Shown: positions 14,606 through 23,569 of the stretch, piece after piece
Numbering within the stretch: position 1 is the first letter of the stretch
Layout of the letters: each line of letters opens with the position of its first letter
Virus record (IMG/VR): IMGVR_UViG_3300032296_001854
Length of the DNA stretch: 33,461 bases
Strand: one strand, 5' to 3'
From: an uncultured virus (IMG/VR IMGVR_UViG_3300032296_001854)
Taxonomy: Duplodnaviria; Heunggongvirae; Uroviricota; Caudoviricetes
The notes under the pieces: generated by a model
Database searches by the model: none
What the model was told of the DNA's origin: nothing
Seen by the model: the letters and a program-made list of their open reading frames with translations, nothing else
Position numbers and translations under genes: made by a program

Positions 14606-17380
14606 ATTATATTTCTGCGATTTTTCGCAGCACTATTCCTCGCAACATTTCTATTTTTACTTGGTCAATCAACTGCGCATGCTGAAGAACCTGCTACTGA
14701 CCAGCAGGTAGTTTCCCCTGCCCCAAGCCCAGCTCCTGTAGATGGGGCTACAGTAACTACTTCTTCTGAAGCCTCTCCACAACCAACGTCAGCTCCTCAA
14801 TCAACTGGTGAGAGTTCTTCAAACTCTTCTTCAACTGATTCAGCTCCACAATCGTCTTCAGCTTCAGATACTTCATCGCCATCGCCCAACCAATCAACCA
14901 TGCAATCGGCAGAGCCAGTAGCCACACCAACAAATAGTCCTGAACCAATTACTGTTACCTCCGTACAAGAAAAGATTGAAACTGCTACGGCAACTGTAGC
15001 AAACACAATTATACCAACTACGGTTTCTTCTGACACCGCAGTTGTAATAGCTGTTACAGAAGCAACAACTGCAATTACAACTGCACAGACAGCAGTTGAG
15101 AGTGCAACTGTTTTAGTGCAAGCTGCTGAAAGCGCTACTGCACTTATAGCACCTGCCGCAGCAGCTGTAGAAACCGCTACCACTACAGCTGCTGTTGCAG
15201 CTACCGCAGTTACTGAACAGACTACTGTTGTTGCAACAGCCACAACCGCTGTGGAATCAGCAACTGCAACAGTTGTCACAGCTACAGCAGCAGTAGAGAG
15301 CCAAACTGCCGTAGTAGCCACTGCTACAACTAACCTTACTAACGCTCAAACTACTCTAACAGAACTTCAAAATACCCCAGCCGATTCTAAAACGTATACA
15401 ACTACAGGATACGTAGCCCCAGAGCCAGTAGTAACGCCAAACGTTACTACGACCACCCTTCCAGTTATGTATGATGCATCAACTAAAATTCAAACGCCTT
15501 TTGATATAAAAATGGGAGACACCGTATACAACGGTCAGGGTGCAGATAGCCAGATTTACGTAACTTCAAAGGCAACTATTACATTTGGCACTGGAGACCA
15601 TATCTGGTGGGATTTTCCTAATGGACCAAGCATCTCAGTATTTGCCAGCGACTATATGAATGCTGGCGCAGGAACTTCTACAGTTGTTAAAACTACAGAA
15701 ACAACTTTAGAAGTTGATTGGAACCTAAAGAAGTTTGGTGACAACAACAGCCCCATAACCAACGTTAATTGGAAAATGACAGTAAACCCAACAACTGGTG
15801 AGTGGACTGGTGTGGGAACGGTTGCTGGAAACACCACTAATCTTTGGTATCCGCAACGCACTGGTGTTCGTGAAGTTGCAGGTGAGCCTGTACAAACAAT
15901 GACTAATGTAACCAATGAAACTTTAACCGCTCAAATTGAAACTCAAACAGCAGTAGTTGCTGATAAGACAGAGGTTAAAGCAGCAGAAGTTGCTGTTCTT
16001 ACAACCCTTACAGCAGAGAAAACAACAGCAGAGACAGCACTTGCAACATCTCAGACCACATTAACAACAGAAACTCAAACATTGTCTAACCTCCAGGCTG
16101 AGAAAACTACTGCTGATGCTGCTGTTGTGTCAACTACTGCTGTTCTTACACAGGTTACAAACGATGCAGCAACTGCTACTTCTGCAGCTAATGCTGCTTT
16201 AAATACTGCTAATACTCTTGCAGATGTTGCGGTAGAAAAATCTACTCAGGTTGCGAGTGTAGTCGCCACTGCTGTTTCTCAACTGCCTGTCGTGCAGCCT
16301 CAGCCGACAACTCCGCCTCCTGCAACTCCTTCTCAACCAGAAGTTTCTTCTTCAACGCCAACTGAGCCTGCAAATCCAGGAACTCCAACGTCTCCTTCTG
16401 ACGATGTTTCAACCACTCCTCCTCAGACAGATTCTGAAAGTCCATCTAATCCTCTTCCTCCAACTGATACTGAACCTCAGCCCGATTCTCCATCTCAACC
16501 TGAAGGTCAGGAACAATCTCAAGAGCCTTCCGAAGATGAGGCTCAAAACCAAGAATCCAATCAGGAATCTGACCAGAATCCTGAATCTCCTGACGAGCAA
16601 GAATCAACTGATGATACGCCTGAACAAGATGAGAGTAACACATCTGATGATGATATTGATAGTTCTGAAGACTCATCTGAAGAACCTACAAACTCAGAAG
16701 AAGAACAGCAAACCACAGACCCAGAGTCACCAGAAACAGACCCCGAACAAAGCGGCGAAACTGACGAGTCTCAAAGCGAGAGTAATACTGAAGAATCAGA
16801 ACAGCCACAGTCAGAAGAACAAGAGCAAGATAATCCGTTGGAAGAAACATCTTCTGATAATACACCAGATGAGGTAATAAGTGAAGCACTGGCTGACGGA
16901 AAGCTTACAGATGAAGAAAAGGCCGCCGTTGTAGAAGCTTTGGTTTCTAATTTAGAACCTGGAGAGGCTGTTAGTGTTGAGGCTCTGCAGGAAGCTGGAT
17001 TAACCTATGAAGACCTACCTCCTCAAACTCCAGTCGACGTTCGTACTGATGAGAACGGTAATCCCGTTATAATTGAAGCAGAGGTTGCTGCGGCGCTAGT
17101 CTTATTAGAGAACCCCGCAGAACTCATTGGCGCAATATTCGATGACCCAGGTCAGGTCTTAACAGCACTCGGAAATATCGGTGCTGATATGTCTCCAGAA
17201 GAACGAGAAGAAGCAACCAAAATGGTGGTTGCAACTGTTATCGCTGCTGGAGCGGCTCTTAATGCAGTCGGTGCAGCAGTCGGTGGTTCACCCGCACCAA
17301 GTGGTGGTGGGGGGAGCAGTAACTCTGGAGGTGGAGCACCTTCTGGAGATAGTAGGGCCGTTAGGAGACGCAAGCCATGA
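14606..17380 (+). CDS. large secreted/surface protein (signal peptide, Thr/Ala coiled coil, globular NIDO-like domain, acidic Pro/Ser/Glu linker, C-terminal anchor)
   Basis: Frame is open 98 codons upstream of track start, to ATT after AGGGGA; (M)IFLRFFAALFLATFLFLLGQSTAHA|EE signal peptide; C-terminal hydrophobic stretch and RRRKP. Confidence 0.8.
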   Translation: MIFLRFFAALFLATFLFLLGQSTAHAEEPATDQQVVSPAPSPAPVDGATVTTSSEASPQPTSAPQSTGESSSNSSSTDSAPQSSSASDTSSPSPNQSTMQSAEPVATPTNSPEPITVTSVQEKIETATATVANTIIPTTVSSDTAVVIAVTEATTAITTAQTAVESATVLVQAAESATALIAPAAAAVETATTTAAVAATAVTEQTTVVATATTAVESATATVVTATAAVESQTAVVATATTNLTNAQTTLTELQNTPADSKTYTTTGYVAPEPVVTPNVTTTTLPVMYDASTKIQTPFDIKMGDTVYNGQGADSQIYVTSKATITFGTGDHIWWDFPNGPSISVFASDYMNAGAGTSTVVKTTETTLEVDWNLKKFGDNNSPITNVNWKMTVNPTTGEWTGVGTVAGNTTNLWYPQRTGVREVAGEPVQTMTNVTNETLTAQIETQTAVVADKTEVKAAEVAVLTTLTAEKTTAETALATSQTTLTTETQTLSNLQAEKTTADAAVVSTTAVLTQVTNDAATATSAANAALNTANTLADVAVEKSTQVASVVATAVSQLPVVQPQPTTPPPATPSQPEVSSSTPTEPANPGTPTSPSDDVSTTPPQTDSESPSNPLPPTDTEPQPDSPSQPEGQEQSQEPSEDEAQNQESNQESDQNPESPDEQESTDDTPEQDESNTSDDDIDSSEDSSEEPTNSEEEQQTTDPESPETDPEQSGETDESQSESNTEESEQPQSEEQEQDNPLEETSSDNTPDEVISEALADGKLTDEEKAAVVEALVSNLEPGEAVSVEALQEAGLTYEDLPPQTPVDVRTDENGNPVIIEAEVAAALVLLENPAELIGAIFDDPGQVLTALGNIGADMSPEEREEATKMVVATVIAAGAALNAVGAAVGGSPAPSGGGGSSNSGGGAPSGDSRAVRRRKP

Positions 17381-17559
17381 ATCTAATTAAGAAGTTAGCA
17401 CGAGACTTTATTGAGCAAACCTGGACACTTCTTGGAATGTTCATTGCCTGGGTCGTTTTAGACGGTAGCGCTAAGACAGTAGTTGGGTATGCAATTTTGT
17501 TCAGCCTTGGTGCTTGGGCAATTACTTACCCTATTCGTAACCCAAAGGAAGAAGATTAA
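17377..17559 (+). CDS. small 2-TM membrane protein
   Basis: Two hydrophobic segments; ATGA overlap. Confidence 0.75.
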   Translation: MNLIKKLARDFIEQTWTLLGMFIAWVVLDGSAKTVVGYAILFSLGAWAITYPIRNPKEED

Positions 17560-17969
17560 TGAAATCAATAGGTAATATTTTATTAAGAATTGTTGCTACT
17601 TTTGCAGCTAGCGGACTTTCAGTTATTGGTGCTGGAGCAATTGCAGGCGTGGACACTTTAACGGCTGTTGCTGTTGCTGGTCTTACCGCTGTTGCCGCAG
17701 TAGTAGAGAAGCTAGCACGTGGCTTTATGAATGACGGCAAGCTTGACCTTGACGAAATTAACGCGGCATTTGCTGCAGTTGATACAAAGGCTAAGAGCGC
17801 AGCTGACCTTCAAGTAGAAGCTAAGCAAAACGGGCACAACATCACAATTGCTGCTGGAACAGGCGCAGTTAGTTATGCAGCCGCAGAAGAGCTGTCAGCT
17901 GCTCCAGCTAAGGTTGGAAATCACCAACCAGACGCACATGACCCAGACGACGAGTGGGATAAGGACTAG
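17559..17969 (+). CDS. membrane protein (2 TM; DGKLDLDE loop)
   Basis: Hydrophobic N-half; TAATG coupling. Confidence 0.75.
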   Translation: MKSIGNILLRIVATFAASGLSVIGAGAIAGVDTLTAVAVAGLTAVAAVVEKLARGFMNDGKLDLDEINAAFAAVDTKAKSAADLQVEAKQNGHNITIAAGTGAVSYAAAEELSAAPAKVGNHQPDAHDPDDEWDKD

Positions 17970-17981
17970 TTCCTTAAAAAC

Positions 17982-18024
17982 TAAGCCGCATAAGGCACTC
18001 TAACGGGTGCTTTATGCGGTTTTA
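17982..18024 (+). terminator. intrinsic terminator
   Basis: AAGCCGCATAAGGCACTC-TAAC-GGGTGCTTTATGCGGTTTT. Confidence 0.75.
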
Positions 18025-18057
18025 CTATTAGAAAGCACCTACAATCGGAGTATGACA

Positions 18058-18447
18058 ATGCTGAGTAAGGGATATAAGCGCTCTGGTGGGCAAGGCGGTG
18101 GCAGCAAAGGCGTAGCTGCAAGCGGAATTGAGGCTCTTAGCTCTAGAGCTAGCACTGGTTCTCGCAAATCTATGCCAAAAATGGCATCAACCCAATCAGC
18201 AACTAAAGCAATTTACAAAAATAAAGCTAAAGAGCAACAAAAAGCTAATAGATACGTAAAAACCTCATCAACTAAGCCTGCTCCAGCTAAAAAAGCACCT
18301 GCAAAAAAAGCACCAGCTAAAAAAGCAGTATCTTCTAAACCAAAATCTGAAAAAGCGTTGTCAGCAGAGTATAAAAGTGTAGGTTCTGATACCTCACACC
18401 TACCACCAGTTAACTTAACGGGCAAACAATTCAATGGCAAAGCGTAA
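18058..18447 (+). CDS. histone-H1-like basic protein with PAKKA repeats
   Basis: PAPAKKAPAKKAPAKKA; GGAG 7 nt upstream of ATG 18058. Confidence 0.65.
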   Translation: MLSKGYKRSGGQGGGSKGVAASGIEALSSRASTGSRKSMPKMASTQSATKAIYKNKAKEQQKANRYVKTSSTKPAPAKKAPAKKAPAKKAVSSKPKSEKALSAEYKSVGSDTSHLPPVNLTGKQFNGKA

Positions 18448-18610
18448 AAGAAGCAAGGCTTCTATAAAATCAGAAATTACCGCCTCAACTACCTCTTCAG
18501 TTAAGGCAGATACGGCGTCTCGCCAATTTAGGGACCGTAAAACCTTTGTCATGTCACCTATTAAGCCTAAAGACACTCATGCGCTACAATGGAACCGTTG
18601 GTCCCCATGA
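18434..18610 (+). CDS. 58-aa basic protein
   Basis: Not in track: MAKRKRSKASIKSE...ASRQFRDRK...WNRWSP. Confidence 0.55.
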   Translation: MAKRKRSKASIKSEITASTTSSVKADTASRQFRDRKTFVMSPIKPKDTHALQWNRWSP

Positions 18611-18765
18611 GATATAAGGAGTTTTTACAAGCAGAGCCTAGACCAATACAGGTTCAAGACTCTAGATTTGGTTTACGTAAGTTCTTTACAACGGATAAAG
18701 AAAAACCTAGTATTGTCGTCTGGAACCAGCCAGGCAAAGGACCAAATGGCGAAAGCCAGAATTAG
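18607..18765 (+). CDS. 52-aa hypothetical protein
   Basis: Not in track: MRYKEFLQAEPRP...GPNGESQN; ATGA overlap. Confidence 0.55.
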   Translation: MRYKEFLQAEPRPIQVQDSRFGLRKFFTTDKEKPSIVVWNQPGKGPNGESQN

Positions 18766-18782
18766 TATTTGAAAGGACTACA

Positions 18783-19571
18783 ATGGCAGCATCATATCCA
18801 GGTTCGGTACGAGTATTTGATACAAAGTTTAATATCACCGACACCGTAGACGCTTCGCACCCCAACTCTTTACAAGAAGAGGTAGTTGCTATGCAGTCTA
18901 TTATTGGTACAAACCCCCATGTTTCTACTGCTGCTAATCCTACAACCGCTTTTGTCGCCAGCTCCTTTACATACGGAAGCCTTTCTGCACGTATTGCTAA
19001 CATTGAAAACGGTGTTGTAGCTGATTCACACACTCAGTATCTGCGTAAAACTGCAGACGGTGCTAATAGCAACAGAGTTGACACTGGTAATTCAGCAAAT
19101 CGCGGAATTATTGTACGAGGGGCTCAAAATCAGACTGCAAACCTTCAAGAATGGCAAAATGACATTGGAGTTGTTCAAGCGGCTGTTACCCCTACTGGAT
19201 TATATACTGGCACCATAAACGCAACCAACATTATTGGTAGCGTAACCGCAATTCCTCAAGACGCAACAATTGAACAAAAATCTTCTAATTTTTCATTAGT
19301 ATTAGCTGATAAAAACAAAGTATTTTGGTGTATTAACACTGGTGCGGTTTTAACAGTGACTATTCCTCTAAATGCTAGCCAAGCTTTTCCAACTGGTTCT
19401 CAAATAACTTTTATTCGTGGACAAAACCAAAATGTAACGTTTGTTGGAGAATCTGGCACAGTTGTATTAGGCGCAACTCCTGGTCCAAACTTAAGAACGC
19501 AGTGGTCAGCAGCCACTCTTATAAAGCTTGCTGAGAATACCTGGACTCTACTTGGCGATTTGAGCGCCTAA
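18783..19571 (+). CDS. tail fibre/virion protein
   Basis: SYP..V..F / VDASHPNSLQEEV N-terminus; QTANLQEWQN; C-terminal TVTIP...FPTGSQITF...WTLLGDL domain typical of fibres. Confidence 0.75.
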   Translation: MAASYPGSVRVFDTKFNITDTVDASHPNSLQEEVVAMQSIIGTNPHVSTAANPTTAFVASSFTYGSLSARIANIENGVVADSHTQYLRKTADGANSNRVDTGNSANRGIIVRGAQNQTANLQEWQNDIGVVQAAVTPTGLYTGTINATNIIGSVTAIPQDATIEQKSSNFSLVLADKNKVFWCINTGAVLTVTIPLNASQAFPTGSQITFIRGQNQNVTFVGESGTVVLGATPGPNLRTQWSAATLIKLAENTWTLLGDLSA

Positions 19572-21355
19572 TGTTAATTAGAGTCGGACCAGTTGACTCC
19601 CAGAAAAAAGTACCGCCTGGTGTAGCAACTCTAACCTCAGCAACTGATACTGGGTCTAATAGAAACTTTGATGACGGTGCGTGTAACCTAACATGGACTG
19701 CGCCTACATTTGATGGAAAATCACCGCTTGTAGGCTATGACCTTGTTGCTACTCCATCTGACGGTGGTGCAACTATTACTACACAGGTTGGGCTAACAAC
19801 AACTGGAAATGTTACTGGTCTTCGTTCTGGTATTGAGTACACTTATACAGTTAAGGCTAGAAATCAAAGTAGTACTGGACCTAACTCAGCTGGCAGAGGA
19901 CCAATTAGAGCTACTACAAAACCCAATATCCCTACAAACGTTTCAGCTTCTAATTTAAATACTGGAAGCACCGCATCAGTTTCATGGTCCGCCCCAGCTA
20001 ACGGCGGCTCAACAGTTACTCAATATACTGTAAAGATTGTTGGAACTAGTACAACTCTAACAACTTCTGGTACCTCTCTTACCTTTACTGGATTAACTAA
20101 CGGCAATAGTTATAGTTTTGTTGTTACTGCTACAAACGCAAACGGAACCAGTGCTGAATCAAACCCGTCTAATGTTGTCGGTATTACTCAACCTGCGCCT
20201 GCGCCTGCGCCTGCTCCATCACCTAGTGGTAGTACCTGCACAAGTTGTTTCCAAGACACTGGAACTAGCTATTGTTCTGGAGCAAATTTAGTAATTAACC
20301 AAACAGACCCTTGTTGTGGAAGAACAACAACGCCAAGAGTTGTTACAGTTAACGGCTGTGCTTCTCCAACTCCAACTGCTCCACCAGTAACATGTTGCCA
20401 AGATGACGACGCAGGATTTTGCAATAACGGTACTTGGTTTCAAAATCAATTCGACCCCTGCGGAAGCACTTACTGTTCCCCAAGAAATACTGGAAGTCCT
20501 TGCACCACAAGCGGTCCCTATGATGCAAACACCACATATTGCATATATACCAACTCGTTTGTTCCAACTTCGGGGTACCCAGGAAACTGCCAACCTGCCC
20601 CAACTCCAACAGCTGCTCCGACTCCAACTACTGCTCCAACTCCAACTGCTGCTCCTGGACCTGACGCTTTTGGTTGCCCTCCAGGCACTGGATTTGCTGG
20701 CGTTGGTCGAGGATGTATACCTACTGGTCCTGTGCCAACAACTGCACCAACTCCAACTGCCGCACCAGTAGTTGTAACCCCTACTCCACCATCTCAACCA
20801 TTTGCACCGTGGCCAGAGTATTTCTACACAGGCGTTGGTGGTACTCCGCAGGCGCCAAGACCGCAATACCCTTACTACTGCTTATCTATTGACAGCATGA
20901 TTCCTACTCCAAATGGGGATAAAAGGTTATCTGAGTTAAAAATTGGTGACCAGGTTATTTCTGCACGCTTTGAGGAGATTGACCCAGACGACCCAAACGC
21001 AGACTTAATTGTGGATACTTGGTCTTCAGACAGCTTTACCTATCGTGAACTAGATATAACAACAATTGTTAATATCAGGGAGTGGGAAGAAACTGGCCGC
21101 TACACTATTAATAATAGAATTCATGTAACGGGCTCTCACCCATTTGTTGCAAAAGAAGCCGCTGATGGGCGCTATTACTATACTCGCGCCGCTCAGCTTG
21201 TAGAAGGAGACCTCTTGTTTGATGGAGATTTAGAGACTTGGGTCCCTATAACAAGCATTACTTATGCTCCAAACATTAGATTTAAAGTTCGTACTCTTAG
21301 CACCGAGCCCTATGATATGTTCTTCGCAGAGGGTATACTAGTTCACAATAAGTAA
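19571..21355 (+). CDS. FN3 x2 + Cys-rich + Pro/Thr-rich virion/fibre protein with C-terminal Hint domain
   Basis: LTWTAP..DG / GLRSGIEYTYTVKARN and VSWSAP..GG / GLTNGNSYSFVVTATN FN3 motifs; PTPTAAP repeats; Hint C437-LSIDSMI...VTGSHPF...ILVHNK. Confidence 0.85.
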   Translation: MLIRVGPVDSQKKVPPGVATLTSATDTGSNRNFDDGACNLTWTAPTFDGKSPLVGYDLVATPSDGGATITTQVGLTTTGNVTGLRSGIEYTYTVKARNQSSTGPNSAGRGPIRATTKPNIPTNVSASNLNTGSTASVSWSAPANGGSTVTQYTVKIVGTSTTLTTSGTSLTFTGLTNGNSYSFVVTATNANGTSAESNPSNVVGITQPAPAPAPAPSPSGSTCTSCFQDTGTSYCSGANLVINQTDPCCGRTTTPRVVTVNGCASPTPTAPPVTCCQDDDAGFCNNGTWFQNQFDPCGSTYCSPRNTGSPCTTSGPYDANTTYCIYTNSFVPTSGYPGNCQPAPTPTAAPTPTTAPTPTAAPGPDAFGCPPGTGFAGVGRGCIPTGPVPTTAPTPTAAPVVVTPTPPSQPFAPWPEYFYTGVGGTPQAPRPQYPYYCLSIDSMIPTPNGDKRLSELKIGDQVISARFEEIDPDDPNADLIVDTWSSDSFTYRELDITTIVNIREWEETGRYTINNRIHVTGSHPFVAKEAADGRYYYTRAAQLVEGDLLFDGDLETWVPITSITYAPNIRFKVRTLSTEPYDMFFAEGILVHNK

Positions 21356-21365
21356 AGGACCTAAT

Positions 21366-21983
21366 ATGGAATCAAAAATCGTTGCACCAGGGATAGTTTT
21401 ATTTGAGAACATAGTCCCTGACTATAAAGAGCTAGTACAAGACATAGAAACAGTAGGCAATTCACCATCTAAAGTAATTAGGTGGAAACGAGCTACCGTA
21501 GGTTCTCCTACCTCTGGAACTCAAGTACATGAGGCTAGAACCAACTCATCTATTCATCTTCAAGCAGATTGGGCTACTTTAGAAAATCCAGATTTAAATG
21601 CTGGAGGACAGTTAGCAGTAAAACTAATTAATAACATTCAAGATGCGTATAACAAATATAAAGAATATTACCCAACGGTAAATTCTGGAGAAATTCCAGT
21701 AAGCCCTATTATTCTACGATATCAAACTGGTCAAAAATACGATATGCACGCAGATGCTGGGGGAGGAAATAACCGCGTATTATCTTTAGTTTGGTATGTT
21801 AATAATGAGTATGAGGGTGGAGAAATTGACTTTCCATACTTTGGGTATAAGTTAAAGCCACCAGCTAATTCTATGATTTTCTTTCCTTCTAACTACATTT
21901 ATGCACATATAGCTCACCCAGTAACTGATGGAACAAAGTATGCTGTGGTTATGTGGATACTGGAAGACACAACTCATTTATGA
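21366..21983 (+). CDS. 2OG-Fe(II) oxygenase, prolyl 4-hydroxylase-like
   Basis: LRY..GQ.Y..HAD, RVLSLVWYVN..YEGGEI.F, FPS..IY.H.A.PV..G.KY. Confidence 0.88.
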   Translation: MESKIVAPGIVLFENIVPDYKELVQDIETVGNSPSKVIRWKRATVGSPTSGTQVHEARTNSSIHLQADWATLENPDLNAGGQLAVKLINNIQDAYNKYKEYYPTVNSGEIPVSPIILRYQTGQKYDMHADAGGGNNRVLSLVWYVNNEYEGGEIDFPYFGYKLKPPANSMIFFPSNYIYAHIAHPVTDGTKYAVVMWILEDTTHL

Positions 21984-22573
21984 AATATTTTTCTGATGAT
22001 GCGGATATGGGTACTCGCCCAATTGTAAAAGACCCAATTATAGTAAGTGACGTGCTAGAGCCAGCTAGATTTGCAGAGGTTGTAGAAACGGTTACTAACT
22101 ACCCTTTGGATGAGCTTAGTTACGATAGAGGTTTTGGCCGTTTTATGTTAAAGCCTGGGTCAAGTACCTTGCCAGACGACCTATTAAAGGAATGTCAGCA
22201 AAAAGCAAGAGATATATTTGACAGCCAAACTCTTCTACCCACATATGCTTGCTACGTAAAGTACAAAGGTGCTAGAGCTAACTTATTGCGCCATAAAGAC
22301 AGCAATGCTTGCACATATACGATTGACCTTTGTTTAACACAAATGGTTGAGTGGCCGCTGTACGTTGAGGATAAAGAGTACATATTGCAACCAAATCAAG
22401 CTTTGTGTTTTTATGGAGAAGACCAACTTCATTGGCGCGGACCATATCCAGAAAAAGATACAAATATAATAGATATGATATTTCTACACTATGCAGAACC
22501 AGACCACTGGTATCACACCAAAGGAGCGGAGTACTACAAAACAATAATGGCTAGACACAACGCTGTGATGTAA
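21980..22573 (+). CDS. 2OG-Fe(II) oxygenase (phage type)
   Basis: LPTY...Y....L.RHKD..AC; G....HWR; IFLHY. Confidence 0.8.
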   Translation: MKYFSDDADMGTRPIVKDPIIVSDVLEPARFAEVVETVTNYPLDELSYDRGFGRFMLKPGSSTLPDDLLKECQQKARDIFDSQTLLPTYACYVKYKGARANLLRHKDSNACTYTIDLCLTQMVEWPLYVEDKEYILQPNQALCFYGEDQLHWRGPYPEKDTNIIDMIFLHYAEPDHWYHTKGAEYYKTIMARHNAVM

Positions 22574-23301
22574 TGCCAGTAATTAAGTTTTATCCTACTG
22601 ACGAGGAAGTAGGAGGTTTTGCTCCTCCTCCAGTCCCCGTTCGGACAATGATGCCAGAATGGTTTAGAAAGCTTCCGCCTTACTTAACTCAAAAGCCAGA
22701 AGTTGTAAAAGCTATTGACGATTCTCCAAATGGTGGTCATTTTTTAAACGTAACTGGTAAGAAGTGCATGTCTATGATTGATACGTTTACCACTGGGTAT
22801 TACTTTCTATGTCCCGTAGATATATTTATAGACACTACAAATCCAAAAGACATTCAATTAAAGTGGAGAAACCCTCGTTACGAGTTTATATTAACGCACA
22901 ACCCAGAGCAGGTTGGAGATTACCCTATAGATGACAACCTTTGTGAGGATATTTTAAGATGGGTTCCTTTTTGGTGCGCCGTAACCCCAGAGGGATATAG
23001 CACACTTATTATTACCCCAGCCCATAGACCAGACCTTCCTTTTGTAACAATGACTGGAATTATAGACACAGACAGCATGCCTTCGGCTGGAGCTTTACCT
23101 TTTCACATAAAGAAAAACTATAAAGGAATTATTAAACGAGGAACTCCTATTGCTCAGGCTATACCCTTTAAAAGAGAAGAGTGGAGTTCTGAAATCGTAG
23201 AGGAAAGAAGTCAGGAAGTTCGTGATAGGCTAAATCTGATAAACTCTTCCTTTTCAGGAATGTATCAAGAAAACATGTGGGAGAAGAAGACGTTTAAATG
23301 A
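22573..23301 (+). CDS. tail-cassette protein (DUF6065/dUTPase-like fold)
   Basis: PEWFRKL, KKC..IDTFTTGY, TPEGYS, GIIDTD, IKRGTPIAQAIPFKRE. Confidence 0.65.
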   Translation: MPVIKFYPTDEEVGGFAPPPVPVRTMMPEWFRKLPPYLTQKPEVVKAIDDSPNGGHFLNVTGKKCMSMIDTFTTGYYFLCPVDIFIDTTNPKDIQLKWRNPRYEFILTHNPEQVGDYPIDDNLCEDILRWVPFWCAVTPEGYSTLIITPAHRPDLPFVTMTGIIDTDSMPSAGALPFHIKKNYKGIIKRGTPIAQAIPFKREEWSSEIVEERSQEVRDRLNLINSSFSGMYQENMWEKKTFK

Positions 23302-23567
23302 GCAAAATTTCAGATAGATTTAGAAACAGTGATAAGGGTAAAAACCTCCCCAAACCAGTTAGGCCGTGGGATTTACTAAAAACCTCTGAGCCTAGGGCAA
23401 CGGATGACGTTGCTTCAGACAGGTTGTCTATCTGCAGGTCTTGTCCTGAGTTAATGCCCCTTACTGGTCAATGTAAAAAATGTGGTTGTGTTATGCATTT
23501 AAAAGTAAAACTAGCAAAAGCCTACTGTCCACTTCATAAATGGGCCCCAACCCACGATACGGAATAA
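23298..23567 (+). CDS. small Cys-rich protein (DUF6171-like)
   Basis: RLSICRSCP...CKKCGC...K.KL..A.CPL.KW. Confidence 0.7.
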   Translation: MSKISDRFRNSDKGKNLPKPVRPWDLLKTSEPRATDDVASDRLSICRSCPELMPLTGQCKKCGCVMHLKVKLAKAYCPLHKWAPTHDTE

Positions 23568-23569
23568 AA

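Noticed and set aside
20879..21355. Canonical mobile intein
   Set aside because: No homing endonuclease, no Cys/Ser/Thr at +1, and essentially no C-extein
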